A program made the translations under genes and the position numbers. A DNA stretch of 58,859 nt, the filler included, from Basidiobolus meristosporus CBS 931.73 (taxonomy: Eukaryota > Fungi > Basidiobolomycota), in the NCBI GenBank assembly GCA_002104905.1. It is 3 parts of 3 records of this genome, joined end to end, with 100 filler letters (N's around TTAATTAATTAA, not from the genome) between each part and the next. Parts side by side here need not be neighbours in the genome. Positions count along the whole stretch, not along the records: positions 1 to 26,125 come from MCFE01000920.1; 2 more parts are not named here. One strand, given 5' to 3'. The notes beneath the pieces were generated by a model, which was not told the origin of the DNA, ran no database searches, and saw only the letters and a program-made list of their open reading frames with translations. Positions 1 through 12,638 of the stretch are shown piece by piece. Within the stretch, counting starts at the first letter, position 1. The number at the start of each line of letters is the position of its first letter.

Positions 1-1089
1 AAGACAAGTCAAGTTGCAGGTACTACCATATCCCAATCTCATCAAGAATATTACCTTCAAGTCTGTCATGGATGTGATGAGTTGACACATGGAGGACAGC
101 CAGAAAGAGTTGGAAAATACTGAGGACAAATGTGCACATGGAGACACCTATACCTATGGCATTAAGGAGCTAAGCAACCCCAAAGTGTGGGTAATCAGTT
201 AAGTAATGCAAAGTTGGGTTGGGTGCAACAAGCAACTAATTTTTATCAGGAAAACTCCACCAAGATATGCCGGAATTCTTGTGGTCACAAGCCAACTTCT
301 ACACCATTCAATACAGAATTCACACAAACAAAAGCCAGAGTGCACCTATAAGGGGGACTAGAATCCAGCAGGTAGAAGGAATATATTGGCTAAATACCAA
401 GAAGTTCTTTGTCAATATTCAGGAGGTATTCATGGCAGAAGTGGCAACAACCAAGCATATGTTTGCAAGATGTATATGCTACCAGCATTACAAGGTATAT
501 GGCAACTTTGCAAGTATCACGCTAAAAAGCAGTAAAGTTGAGGTGATAGAAGTATGTCAATTGCGGCAGGTGTGCATGTTTGTAGAGGTTAGTAAGCAGG
601 AGGCCATAGTTTTTTTTTGATTCAAAGTATATGTGGAATACCCAAGGTAGTAGTGGGTAAGCAAATAATGAAAGGTGATTCTACAGTGGAACATATGAAT
701 TGCACAAGGGGATGTAGAAAAGGGAAATACCATTTGGTATATTGGTACAGTAGCATTATACATAACCAGCGGCAGGCCATCATACTGCCAAAAAAAAGCC
801 ATCAGAGGCTTGCTGTGAGGCCATCAAAATACCATCAAGTTTCTTGCCATATAAGGCAATTGGAAGTCCTGGCCAACTGGATCCACTTAAAATAGTAATA
901 GAGCGCTGAAAGACCGCAACAATAACATGCAAATATTGTCACAGCACAGATCAAAAATGATCAAGTTTTATCCCTTTATTTGGCTGTAAACTTTGCAAAA
1001 CACCGTCATGATCTCATTATAAGATTTTCAGGAGGGCCACTAATTCCAAGCTGCTGCTATTATGATGGTCTCTGAACAGGATCTTGACA
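1..1089 (+). mobile_element. Degenerate 3' part of a CACTA/En-Spm-like DNA transposon
   Basis: Reverse complement matches about 8861-10330, the distal part of the Tnp2-like element on the minus strand; many stops, CpG-poor. Confidence 0.7.
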
Positions 1090-1255
1090 TATATGAAGGG
1101 GTGGATGAGGGTGTAATCAATTTAATTGGATGGGGATAAGAATGGGATGGACATGGATAGTTTAGTGGGATATTTTTTAAAAGGCAGGGGGGAGGGTTCA
1201 ACAATCAAAGAAGAGATATACATGGGGCGTAAAGAGAGGATAGAAATAAAAGTTG

Positions 1256-1795
1256 TTAGTAGAATATATCTTCAAGTATAAATTTGGCACTACGGTAGTA
1301 AACTTCTAAACAATTACAAAGTTTATTGTTGAAGCCAATAGATCTAAGTTTGGGTGCATCTTTGTAAGAAACATAGGCAACATGTACATCATCAACTAAG
1401 ACTTGAACGGCATTGGGATTGTGGGGATTATTATCTACTATGTTTAATGTAACAAGGTCACCAACGGAGAAGGTATGGTTAGTGCAATATCTCATACCAA
1501 CAACCATAAATGTAAAAGGTTCTGGGAGGGGATGAGTAAATAAGGGTGTATTAAAATTATCAACGATAGATTTGGAGATGGGGGATGATGTGTGAGAGTC
1601 AAAATTGTTCATGGCGGTGAAGCATGAATCATAAGTGTCAAACCATTGGCTAACATAAGGAGAGTAATTAGTATTGTTGGCAATAGATTGGATAATAAAT
1701 TTGTAAATGTTGCCGTCAACATGGGTAGGATGGAAAGGTAGGTGATTTTGGTTATCTGATGCTTTGGTACTGTTGCCTGGACAAGTCTTGTGCAT
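1256..1795 (-). CDS. Stand-alone HIRAN-like domain protein (179 aa from first ATG; ORF track starts at GTG 1813)
   Basis: FMVVGMRY..GDLVTL..NNPHNPNAVQV..HVAYV...A..L fits the HIRAN pattern (vGxrY, NpxDxnAixV, vGYv). Open frame, and CpGs are retained unlike in flanking repeats. Confidence 0.65.
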   Translation of the reverse strand: MHKTCPGNSTKASDNQNHLPFHPTHVDGNIYKFIIQSIANNTNYSPYVSQWFDTYDSCFTAMNNFDSHTSSPISKSIVDNFNTPLFTHPLPEPFTFMVVGMRYCTNHTFSVGDLVTLNIVDNNPHNPNAVQVLVDDVHVAYVSYKDAPKLRSIGFNNKLCNCLEVYYRSAKFILEDIFY

Positions 1796-1948
1796 ATTGC
1801 TCTTGGAAGCCACTTAGCTCTACTAATATATCATGTAATACATTAGTAATTTGAGGTAAAAACTCATTTAAAATATCTTTGGCTCATAAAGTCAAGGCAC
1901 AAACAGATGTGTCCAGCCTGTACTGAGCAAACTGCATGCAACATCATT

Positions 1949-2102
1949 TGTTGCAATATTCTGAGGAGTATTGGAAGTGATGTGGAGAACTAGAGGACTT
2001 ACATGATATTCACTTTGGTCAGGACAAAATGCTAATCAAAGAAAAAGGTCTAAGTGACTAAGTTAGCATGAGTATTTTGGTGACAACTTAGTAATTACAA
2101 CA
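1949..2102 (-). mobile_element. Internally deleted copia solo LTR
   Basis: TGTTGCA...TTACAACA ends, both halves similar to LTR 7131-7479, perfect 5-bp flanking duplication TCATT (1944-1948 and 2103-2107). Confidence 0.7.
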
Positions 2103-2431
2103 TCATTCCCATGCAGCTTCCTCATCAAATCCCCTCACTCTCAGCTTATTCTTGATTTCAATACTTGTCTTGTTATATGTCTTCTTACATACATCCACTG
2201 GCATCTTGATGTGGAACTCAAACCACAGCTTTCTACTCAGGTTCTTTCATTTCTGTCAACTCTCCAAGGTATCTAGCTCTACTAGATTAATGAGTAGTGC
2301 CCAAATATCTGTATGAAGGCTCATCATAGACATTTGGGCCATACTGAAATCATTTGGCTAGAACTCAAACAGATACAACATTGACTTTTCTGGTCTGGAC
2401 CATGCTTGTGAGCTGGGGGATGGGTTTTTTC

Positions 2432-2780
2432 TGTTGTAAGAGTCTTGTGGATATTGGAAGTGATTGGGAGGACAAGTAGATTATGTGGTTTTCACTTAAT
2501 GATTTATTGAATGTAAAAGTAGTATTTTTACTTTTACCTGGTCTTGGCATTACAAACATGTAGAATAGGTTAAGGAAGGTCCCAAGAACATGTGTGCAAA
2601 GTTTGGGGCTGCTTGGACAACTTTGATAATTTTCATGTTCTGGGTACCTGGTATTTTGGTGAAAGTATTCTACGTAAATCCCAACAAGGAATTTGGTCAG
2701 TATTCTCTAGGATATGAAGGTACTGATCTAAGTGACTAAGTTAGGTGAATATTTAGGTGGAAATTCAAATTTTTACAACA
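2432..2780 (-). mobile_element. Ty1/copia solo LTR (349 bp)
   Basis: Same length as and highly similar to LTR 7131-7479; TGTTGTA..TACAACA termini; flanks TTTTC/TTGTC (4 of 5 match); no polypurine tract adjacent. Confidence 0.8.
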
Positions 2781-3000
2781 TTGTCTGGGTTGTACTAAAG
2801 ATGAGTTGAGACTTGGTATAGGGACCATAGTGACAGATTTGGATACTTATACAGTAGTGTATTGGCATCAACCTGGACTTATATGAAATATATATGAACA
2901 CTAATTTGATTGTTGAATTCTCCATATATTATGCATGATTCATCTTGGATTGCATTGTCATGGATCAGATCATATCAATTGCAGATTTCCTATTTGATTA

Positions 3001-4235
3001 TAGACTTGTGAGTAAAACATAAATAAAAATACCAAGTCATTATTTGAGGATGATCTTTGCAACATAATGATGGGATATGTGGCAATTGATGGAGATATAA
3101 TCATAGTGCATGGAAAAACAGATAAATTAAGCTGATCATGATAAATCAAATCAAATCACCTCAGCCCAATCATCTACCAATTTTAAGATGACTTACGCAT
3201 CTGGATGGTCTTTTCTCATTAATCCCATCACAACCACTGGATTTCCTTTTGACACACTAGAGAAGATCTATACCAAGTACTGTGGTCCATCTGCCCCAAT
3301 CTACTCAAGGAGATCCCTTGTTAAGCTTCTCTGCTATTAGAAGAACTATTGCCCCACAAGGTTTCTTCCGACCATCCATGGCAACAAAAGTCCTAGATGC
3401 TTTCATTCCCAGCTGACAGCAATGGAGAACCACCTTGCAGAGGCTATGAATGACTTAGAGCAAGCTTGGAGTACTAGGTTTAGAAGCTCCAATAGACTTC
3501 CATATCCCAGAGTATTCAGCAACAGGTTCCATATAAGGAGTATTTTGGATACCTTCCCAGTCAGGATTTACAGACCTTCTAGAGGGCAGAGTCACTTTAT
3601 TCTGGCAAGTACAAGGCACACTGTGTGAAGTTTCAAGCACTGTCTGACATTGAGGGTAACATCACCTGGTTTAGTGGGCCATTTGCTGGAAGTAGGCATG
3701 ACAAAGCACTCTGGGTAGAGAATAATCCAGCATTCAGTAGAGGGGAGAAATATATGGCAGACTTAGCTTATATAAGAGAGGATGGTCAGATATTAGGATT
3801 TATCACAGCTTATAGGAAACCAAGGAATGGTGAGCTTAGCAGGAAGCAGAAGCTCCACAATCAGATATTCAATCATTTCAGAGTGAGGGTAGAGCATACA
3901 TTTGGATATCTAAGCAGATTCAGCATGTTGGCAGGTAAATACAGAGGAAAGTCATTTATAGGAGAAAACAGAAGAATAGGTTAAATAGTTAGGATACTTA
4001 TCAATGCACAGTGCATTCATACAAGAAGACATCCACAGAGAGAAATGCATCTGGAGCATTATGAAGAGTAAATAAAGCAAGGAAAGCACTACTCTGACCA
4101 ACATAGGTAAGATTGAGTAACAATACCAGTAACTATATCCTACTACTGGTATTATAGTAGAAATTACAGTGCCAGATCCATCCAGCACTATAAACATGCT
4201 GGCACTGTGTGGCACTATCCAACAGAACATGTATA
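3001..4235 (+). mobile_element. PIF/Harbinger-ISL2EU-like DNA transposon (boundaries putative)
   Basis: Contains a DDE_Tnp_4-like transposase. Left end TAGACTTGT; right end TGTGGCACTATCCAACAGAACATGTATA resembles the termini of the foldbacks at 31292 and 32581. Right end abuts the copia RT at the Tyr of the expected YVDD motif. Confidence 0.55.
3422..3984 (+). pseudogene. DDE_Tnp_4-type transposase, frameshifted
   Basis: ILDTFPVRIYRP, then after a frameshift YSGKYKAHCVKFQAL..G.ITWFSGPFAGSRHD, MADLAY, HNQIFNHFRVRVEHTFG. Confidence 0.8.
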
Positions 4236-7117
4236 TAGTGCTAATAGACCTGGATTTGCTTTATCTGGCTTATAGTATATACTATAGTCAGCATTACTCC
4301 TTTTGAAACTCAAAGATTCCAAATAGGAATCTATCTTACAATTCCAGGCTCTTGGTGATTGTTTGAGACCATATAGTGACTTTTTAAGCTTGCAGACCAA
4401 ATGGGGGTTATCTTGGTCAACAAGCCCATCAGGCTGGTCCATATACACATCCTCATCAAGTTCTCCATTCAAAAATGCAGCTTATACATCCATTTGATGA
4501 ATAAAAAACTTATATTTGGCTGCAATAGCCAATATCAATATGATGGAATCAAACTTGGCTACCAGTGCAAAGGTCTCAGTATAGTCAAGTCCTTTTGTTT
4601 GAGAGTATCCTTTGGCTACAAGTCTTGCTTTGTATCTTTCAATTGTACCATTAGCCTTGTATTTTGTCTTGAAGACCCATCTGCATCCAATCAATTTTTG
4701 GTTAATTGGTAATTTGACCAAGTCCCAAGTTTGATTTTCCATCAGTGCCTGATATTCCTCAATCATTGCAGACCTCCAAACCTTTGTCTGAGGGCTATTT
4801 AGGGCCTCTTTTACAGTCTGGAGCTCATCAATTTGGACTGAATAGGCATAGGCCAAGTTTATACCCTCATTGATGTAGTAATTTAGGCTATTTCTTTTCC
4901 AGTTGGATCTCCTGTCATTTGGTACTGGAATGCTCACTTCTGGGATAATCCTGGGTGCTAATTCTGGCTGAACCACGGTTGCCAAGTCCTCTGGAGTGAA
5001 AAAATTTCATTGTTTTGCTCTGATTCTGCCTTGACAATTAGTGGACTTGAGATCGGATTCTTGTCATCATCTGATGTCATTTTTTGTAAAAATCTTGGAT
5101 TTGCATCAAACCACACATTCCTAGACCTGATTAGCTTCTTTGTTTTAGTACTGTAGAGTCTGTATGCTTTACTCTCATTGCAGTAGCCCAAAAATATGCA
5201 TTTTATGTTTATTGCCTCAAATATTGACTGAATTCCGCGCAGTTTCTAGGCATATGCTGTACACCCAAGTATCTTTAGATGCTCTGCAGTTGGTCTGTAT
5301 CATCACCATGCTTCAAATGGAGTACAATCTCAAAGTATTTTGCTATAACTCCTATTTTTAAGGTATACAGCTGTGGCAACTAATTCAGCCAAAAATCATA
5401 GGATAATTTTTGAGCATGGATTGTAGATCCTGCCATATCTGTTATTGATCTGTTTGCACATTTTGCTACTCCATTTTGCTGTGGGGAGTATGGTACAGTA
5501 GTCTCTTGCTTTATCCCAAGAATATTGCAGAAGTGGATGAAGAGTTTTGAGGTATATTCCCCACCATTGTCAGAGTGTATTTTCTTAATTTTTTCACCAG
5601 TTTCTCTCTCCACCATGGCATTATGCTCCCTGAGCTTAGACAGAGCTTGTTCTTTTCTGTCCATGAAGTAAGCCTATTTGTATCTTGTACAATCATCAAT
5701 ATAAGTGATTAAATACTTCATCTGCCTAAGGATAAATTTTGCATAGGTCCACATAGATCTGAGTGCATTAGATCTAATTTTTTCTTGGTTTGATTCACTC
5801 AGAGCTCTTGAACAGTTGTCTGGCTTGTTTCCAACATATGAAGACTTCACAGTACTCCAAATTAGCTGGGGGACCAATTTTTACTCCAGAAACTAGCTGA
5901 TCTTTGATCATTTTGCGCAAATAATCAAAACTGATGTGCCCAAATCTACTGTGCCAAAGCATTAGTGTTTCTTCATTTAAGTTACTTGTATTAGCTTCCA
6001 AATATGATGGAATGTAAGTCAACTTGTATAGATTTTGATTTCTGATACCCAAAGCAATAGGTGCATCACTTTGATCAGTGATCTTGCATCCAGAATTGTC
6101 AAAGCTAAGACTCAGTCCTTCTGCAGTGGCCTTGCTTGCATATAGTAGGTTCTTGGCTATTTCTGGTACATAGAGAACTTCCTCAAAGTTTAGTTAGAAT
6201 TTCTTGATATTTAGTAAAAAGTTCTTTTTAGTGTGTAAAGTGTTGAGACGCCCCTGAGTAAACATACCACATCTGAGAATCCTTGTTTGTGGCCATATTT
6301 AGTGCAGATATGAATAGTGTATCTTCAGTTGTTGCAGTATTCCATGTTCCGGCTTCTTTTGCAGATTATCTCTCTTTTAGGGACACCAGTCTGATATATG
6401 TCCTTTCCTTCTGCAGTAGTTGCAAAACAGGTTACTGTTGCCTTTGTAGGGTCTTGGGTATCACCTTTGTTGTTTATCATAGCTTATTAAAGGATTTTCT
6501 TCTTCCTTCTTGTTGGCACTTGATTTTCTTAATTCTTCATCCAGGAGCCTTCCATATTCATAATTTAAGGTCAAATTTTCAGTTCTGGACTCTAAGGCTG
6601 ATATAAGGCCCTGAAACTTGTCTGTCAGGCTATTCAGGATGGTAACTATCACATCCTCATCATTACTTGGTAAGCCCACAGATTCCATTTCATCTGCCAG
6701 CAGGGTAATTCTTTCAATTAGATTTTTCATTTCTTCTACTGGCAGCATCTTTGTAGTAAAGAGTTTTTGTCTCAGATACATTTTCTTAGCAGCTGAAGAT
6801 GACTGGTAGGTGTTTTCTAATGCCTTCAAGGCATTCTTTGCCATTTTTGCCCAAGAGCATTGAATTAGCAACTTGTCCTTAACATTAAGGCAAATGCAGT
6901 TAAAGGCACTTTGTTCTTTTGTCTGGTACTTTGAGGCATCCTCTCCCATGTCTTTAGAAGGGCATTCTCCCCCCATGACAATATCCCAAAGGCCTCTTTC
7001 TTGTAGGAGCATCTTTGTCTTCACCTTCCACAATTGGGAGTTGGATCCATCCAACTTTTCAGCAGTGGGAAATATTCCAGTCATAGCAGTAGTAGACATT
7101 GCAGAGAGCAACTGCTT

Positions 7118-7130
7118 GGAGCTCATAGCC
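7118..7130 (-). promoter_or_regulatory. Copia-type primer-binding site GGCTATGAGCTCC
   Basis: Directly follows the LTR; resembles the GGTTATGGGCCC half-tRNA-iMet PBS of Drosophila copia-like elements. Confidence 0.6.
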
Positions 7131-7479
7131 TGTTGTAAGAGTCTTGGAGATATTGGAAGTGATTGGGAGGACAAGTAGATTTTGTGGTTTTCACTCAATG
7201 ATTTATTGAGTGTGAAAGTAGTATTTGTACCTTTACACAGTCTTAGCATTACAAGCACATAGAATGGGTTGATGAAGGTCCCAAAAATATATGTACAAAG
7301 TTTGGGGCTGTTTGGACAACTCTGAGAATTTTCATGTTCCGGGTACCTGGTATTTTGGTGAAAACATTCTAAGTAAACCCCAACAAGAAAATTGGTCAGT
7401 ATTTTCTAGGATTTGCAGGTAATGATCTAAGTGACTAAGTTAGGTGAATATTTAGGTGGAGTTACAAATTTTTACAACA
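7131..7479 (-). repeat. 5' LTR of the copia element
   Basis: TGTTGTA...TTACAACA inverted termini; followed on the minus strand by the primer-binding site and gag. Confidence 0.88.
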
Positions 7480-7513
7480 AAAAATAGGAGTTATAACAGA
7501 ATACTTTGTGATT

Positions 7514-8815
7514 CTACTCCATTTGAAGCATGGTTTGGATACAGACCAAGTGCTGAACATCAAAAGAGTCTAGTGGCATCAGGCAAATCTCTGAACAGCT
7601 GTCAATAGAGCTGTCAACAGGATTGTCATATATGTATCTTTTCACCACAGCTGTTGCAACTGAGTAAAAGGTCTTATACACAGCACTGTCATCATCCTTT
7701 TTGTGTTCCTGGCTTGTCTGAATTATATGAGTGTCCATGTGTTCGACAACTTGTTGTCTTATTCTAAGCTCCTCATCAAATGTCTTCCTAACAGATGGGG
7801 ATACACTTATGATCTTGCCAGTAGACAAAGTGAAGTTCTGTTATAACAGCATCTCAGTAATCAGTTGAGGGCTTGAGTAGCTTGCTATCTTTGAGGATGT
7901 CTGGAAGTGAGGTAATGAATCTTGAGTGGGCAGCATGTTAGGCCTCTTGGTGATGACATCTTCAGGCTCTTCATATTGTGGTCTTCTGAGGATGGGCTCA
8001 ACAGGTTCTTCAGGGAGGTATCTTTTGGTAGCAAAGGCATCAACTTCATGTTGTCTGTTGCAGGACTACCTGAATTCACTGTATGAGTCCCTATATAGGC
8101 ATCAACTGTGATCATTCTGATTGCTGAGTCAGATTTCTGGAAAAGGGCTCTCATCCCTCCTCTTTGGAAATTGGTGGGATTCCTTCTTCCTTCCTTGTCA
8201 GGAAGCATTCCATCAGCATCAAACTGTACAGTTCCTTCTCTAAGCAGTTGACTTAGCACTGAGCATTCTCTTCTGGGATGCTGAGTAGAATCACACCAGA
8301 TGCAGTGGCTGGGCAAAGGTCTTTGGCTCTAGGTAGGTACTTCTGCCAAGACATTAATCTTGAGGGCTAGCTTTTGCAGCTGTTCAGCAAATGGGTTAAT
8401 TTCATTGGTAATATAGGTTCAATTGTCAGCCACAGCACTCCTTGGCTCCTTAATCAACTGGTCTGGCAGATTAGACTTCAGAGTCTCAAAAAGGAGGAAG
8501 TCTGTTTTGCCTGTAGGAGAACATATTTTGTCTCTGCAAAGTATGGAATGCCAGACTTGTCATCCATGACTACATGTAGGTCAGCTTTCTTTGCCAAGTC
8601 CTGGGGAAGTCCTTGTGCAAGGTAAAGTGTTATGGTAAGCTCAGTTATAGATTGGGACTCTAGGAGTGGCTTGGCCATGTCTTTATACTGTTGAATGAGC
8701 TCATCAAGTGATAGCTTAGAAAGTCTAGTTCTTCCAAAGTGTCTCAGATATTCAATTCCATAGTAAATTTGGGGTCTGCCTTACTTGGCCTGTAGGTATG
8801 TCTTCATTAACCCTG
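7514..8815 (-). pseudogene. Relic gag-protease segment of Ty3/gypsy family A
   Basis: Translations match 16652-18610 (HCIWCDSTQH, MRALFQKSDSA, YKTFYSVATAVVK); broken at ...CATTAA 8815. Confidence 0.85.
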
Positions 8816-9451
8816 TGAAAAATAATTTGGTCCCACAGGTGGATCCAACCCAGATCAGCTGTCAGGATCCTGTTTAGAGACTGTCATAATACCAGCAGCT
8901 TGGAATTAGTTACCCTCCTAGCAATCTTATGACAGGATCACAATGGTGTTTTGCCAATTTTACAACCAAATAAAGGGATAAAAATTGACAAGATTTGATT
9001 GGTGCTGTGACAATATTTGCATGGTGTTTTTGCAGTCTTTTTGCGCTCTATAAAAATTTTAAGTGGAACCAATTGGCCAGGACATCCAATTGCCTTATTT
9101 GGCAAGAAACTTGATGGCATTGCAATGGCCTCACAGTGAGAATGTGATGGCACTATAATGGCAGCATGAGAGCCTGCAGCTGGTTATGTATAATGCTATC
9201 ATACCAATATACCAAATGGTATTTCCTTTTTCCACCTCCCCTTGCGCAATTCATATATTCTACTGTTGAACCACCCCACTTTATTTGTGTACCTGCTACT
9301 ACCTTGGGTATTCCACACATAGTTCAAATCAAAAAAAACTATGGCCTCCTGCTTACTAACCTGTACAAGTGCGCACACCTGCTGCAATAGACATACTTCT
9401 ATCACCTCAACTTTACAGCTTTTTAGTGTGATACTTGCAAAGTTGCCATAT

Positions 9452-9829
9452 GTGAGTACTAAATGTAGTACCCACTCTTTGTCCAAGAGTTCTTCCCAGA
9501 GTCCTACCCAAAGTCTCCCAGTATCCACCCTATGATTCCCCCACATGTCCTCCCTCTTATTCCTGCCCTTATCTAGTTACAGCACTTACCATAACAGGAA
9601 GGTGTTCACACCCCTATTTTATAACACATTGTCTATAATCTAAGCCCCTCCAAGTGATATATATATATATATATCTGATTGAGCCAAGTGAGAGAGCAGG
9701 AAGATTTGGACAGAATAAACACAATTCTTTATTACCTTGCTACCTTCTATTGGAAGCTATTCTGAGTTAAGGGGTACTGACTTGACCTAAAAGCTCTCCC
9801 ACTCACCAAGTGAGGTAGTAATAACCCAC
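9452..9829. mobile_element. 378-bp insertion (solo-LTR- or MITE-like) with internal (AT)n
   Basis: Absent from the homologous copy near 490-520; flanked by GCCATAT at 9445-9451 and 9830-9836; imperfect ends GTGAGT/ACCCAC. Confidence 0.6.
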
Positions 9830-10217
9830 GCCATATACCTTATACCACTGGTAACATATACATCTTGCAAGCATATGCTTGGTTGTTGCCACTTCTGCCA
9901 TGCATACCTCTTGAATATCTGCAAAGAACATCTTGGTATTTAGCCAATATATCCCTTCTCCCTGCTGGAATCTAGTCCCCATTATAGGTGCATTCTAGCT
10001 TTTGTTTGTGTGAATTTTATATTGAATGGTGTAGAAGTTGGCTTGTGACCTTGAGAAATCTGGCATACCTTGGTAGAGTTTTCCTCACAAAAGCAGTTGC
10101 TTGTTGCACCCAACCCAACTTTGCATTACTTGACTGATTACCCACACATTGGGGCTGCTTAGCTTCTTAATGCAATAGGCATAGGTGTCTCCATGTACAC
10201 ATTTGTCCCCAGTATTT

Positions 10218-11772
10218 TCACTCTTCCTGGCTGTCCTCCAGGTGCCAACCCATTGCATTCATGATAGACTTGAAGGTAATATTCTTGATGAGTTTAGGAT
10301 ACAATAGTACCTGCAACTTGACATGTCTTCCTATCTCCCCATACATCAGCTCCATAGGAAACTTGCAAAAGGTGAAGCCAGGCCCAATATTCTCCACACA
10401 CTGTGCAAGATGGAGTAGAGAATGGATATAGTAGTGGTAGAGATCTATGCAATCAGCTTTATGTTTGTAGTATAGCTCCTCAAATCCTGCCACAAACTCC
10501 TCACACAACAGCTGTAGATGCGCCAAGTTGGCATTGGTGATCCGCATCTGGATAAATATTCCTACAATGTCCACATATGACTCCCAATGCTTCCAAAGTA
10601 GTCTTGATAGGAATTGATTCAGAACACCACTTGAATACATACATATCCAGTTCATCCAGTCTTTGCATTTGTATTGTTGTATATGCTTATGAATATTAAT
10701 TGGAGCCCATGAGAAGTACTTAGGGTAGCGGATACTCTGTAATATCTTGCCAATTCTTTCAAATTTCTCTGGTATCTTGAAGGGCTTATTTAGCTTGAAA
10801 TGCCCCATGTACAACTTGGTCATCAATATAGGAATATTGTTGAAAAGTAAATGCATTGCTCCCAGTGGAAAGCTTTTGCTCCAACAGATACCCTCTATTG
10901 TAAGTATCTTTGGTTTCCAATTGATTCCATACTCTGGCCAATGGCTTATAGCTTGCTAACTTTGCTGCAATTGCATGCTGCCTTCTGTAAATTCTCTCTG
11001 TGGAAAGATGATGTTTTTGGTGCTGGTGTTTGGGTAATAATAACGTGTGTGAGCCATGGAGTATATCCCCTGGATCTCACACATTTGACAGCAACAGCAT
11101 CCATTGTGCCCCAAGAAACCTGCTATCTTGCTGATGGCTGGGGTATCTCCAATGCAGATAATAATATGTGCTTTGACATGAGGCCATTTACTGTTATCCC
11201 ACTGGAAAGCATACAAAGTTCATCCAGTAATGGATACAGGTAGCTATCCAGGTTGGATGGTGATTTAGGCCCAGATACCAGTGAGACTACCATCATATTA
11301 TTGCTCTGATACTGTAAGATGAGTGGCAGATTCAGATTGATAAGAATCAGTGGCCAGCAGGATTTGCTAGTAGAGTACTTGTTTGATGGAAATCCATCAA
11401 GTGCTAAAGCAAAGGCATGGTCATGCATACCTTCAAAGTAGCCCTGCTTCTTAGCTGTTTGTAATGTTCGCCATCAGATATATTGGATATGTTTGTGCTT
11501 AATTAATACTGAGTGCAGTACTCTACAGCTTTGCAATAGTTGTTGGACTGCATCAGCTTTCTCAGACAGGGTATGATCTGAATATATCTGGGGTGTGAAT
11601 AATGTTTTCCCTCAATGGTGGTGGATTCCTGACAATTTGGACACATTGCAATGGTAGCATTTTTGGATGCAAATGCTATGCAACTGTTAACAAATGCTGG
11701 AATCAGGACAGTCTCTGGATCATATGTTATCAGCCACATGATGGTTGTCCACTTGTACCATGTACATGACAA
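10218..11772 (-). pseudogene. Transposase_21 (Tnp2)-family transposase, fragmented
   Basis: LALDGF, SCWPLILINLNLP, GPKSPSNLDSYLYPLLDEL, GDTPAISKIAGFLGHNG.CC.C.I.G, MHLLFNNI, HSLLHL...GP...KFPME motifs across several frames. Confidence 0.85.
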
Positions 11773-12638
11773 GTTGCATTCCAGTATGCTTTTGGCAAGA
11801 AGTAGTAATAAATCCTCAAAGCCCTATTACTGATATCAGTAGAAACGTGCCACTTCTCTAGCCACTACATTACATCCTTCACCAGTAGACGGATTACTGG
11901 GCTCACTTGGCTGTATAAAGTATCCTTGACATTTGCTTCAACAGGTGCTGTCTCATTGCATAAAGGGATATGACTGGGCTCATACATGGTACTTTTGTTA
12001 GGGGAGATAGGCTCAAATCCTTCAGTAAACCCTCTTCATCAGTGCTATCACTCTGAATGCTATATTCAGAAGGCTGAGGTGAGCCTAAAAGTGTCACAAA
12101 CTCACCTGACTCAGCTTGCACAAGGTGACAAAGATGGCCAGGTGCCAATACAGCAGTATCAACTGGCCAGCAAGATAAAGCTGGTACAGTAATGACCAAT
12201 GAATGGTCAAATATGACTTAGGTGGCAAAACACTGGCTGTGATCCTTGTAATACTTCCTATGCAGTCTGTGTGCTACATAGCTGAGAGGCTTGCCACAAT
12301 AGCCACATGGTCTTTTTTCACTTCTCTTATGGCATTGGGTCAAAGTAGTCTTGTCATGGGGCAAACAGTTTGACCTTCAACAACATAATGCTATTATATC
12401 ACATTTTGGTCAATACTAATGTGAACTTAAGACAGTTTTGTTTTTGAGACATTGCACCTACATGTATGTAAGATTCAAGGATGACCTGCTATAGTAAGCA
12501 TTATAAACACAGTTGTGGCACCACATACACACATATATGTAACACTATTTCCCCTTTGGTTTGACTCACTTCCATATATGTGCTGCCAAAAAATAAAGCA
12601 AAGTTGTCTGGTTCCCAACCAAACCCCACTGCTGACGG

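Larger units (their letters stand above)
4236..7479 (-). mobile_element. Ty1/copia retrotransposon, 3'-truncated and degenerate (5' LTR, gag, PR, IN, partial RT)
   Basis: KLDGSNSQLWK gag motif (6461-7093), CNYCRRKGHISDWC knuckle, LWHSRFGH pre-integrase, IHSDNGGEY and PQQNGVA integrase, KARLVAKGYSQ and KSLYGLKQSPRAW RT; IN precedes RT. Confidence 0.92.
8816..12638 (-). mobile_element. CACTA/En-Spm-like (Tnp2) DNA transposon, degenerate
   Basis: Carries the transposase pseudogene; similar to relics at 1-1089, 23180-24370 and 24540-25760; left end TTAA|CCCTGTG; right boundary uncertain. Confidence 0.7.

Noticed and set aside
2432-7479. Complete copia bounded by LTRs 2432-2780 and 7131-7479
   Set aside because: Outer flanks do not match, no PPT or RNase H is present, and the 2432 LTR has its own near-matching duplication.
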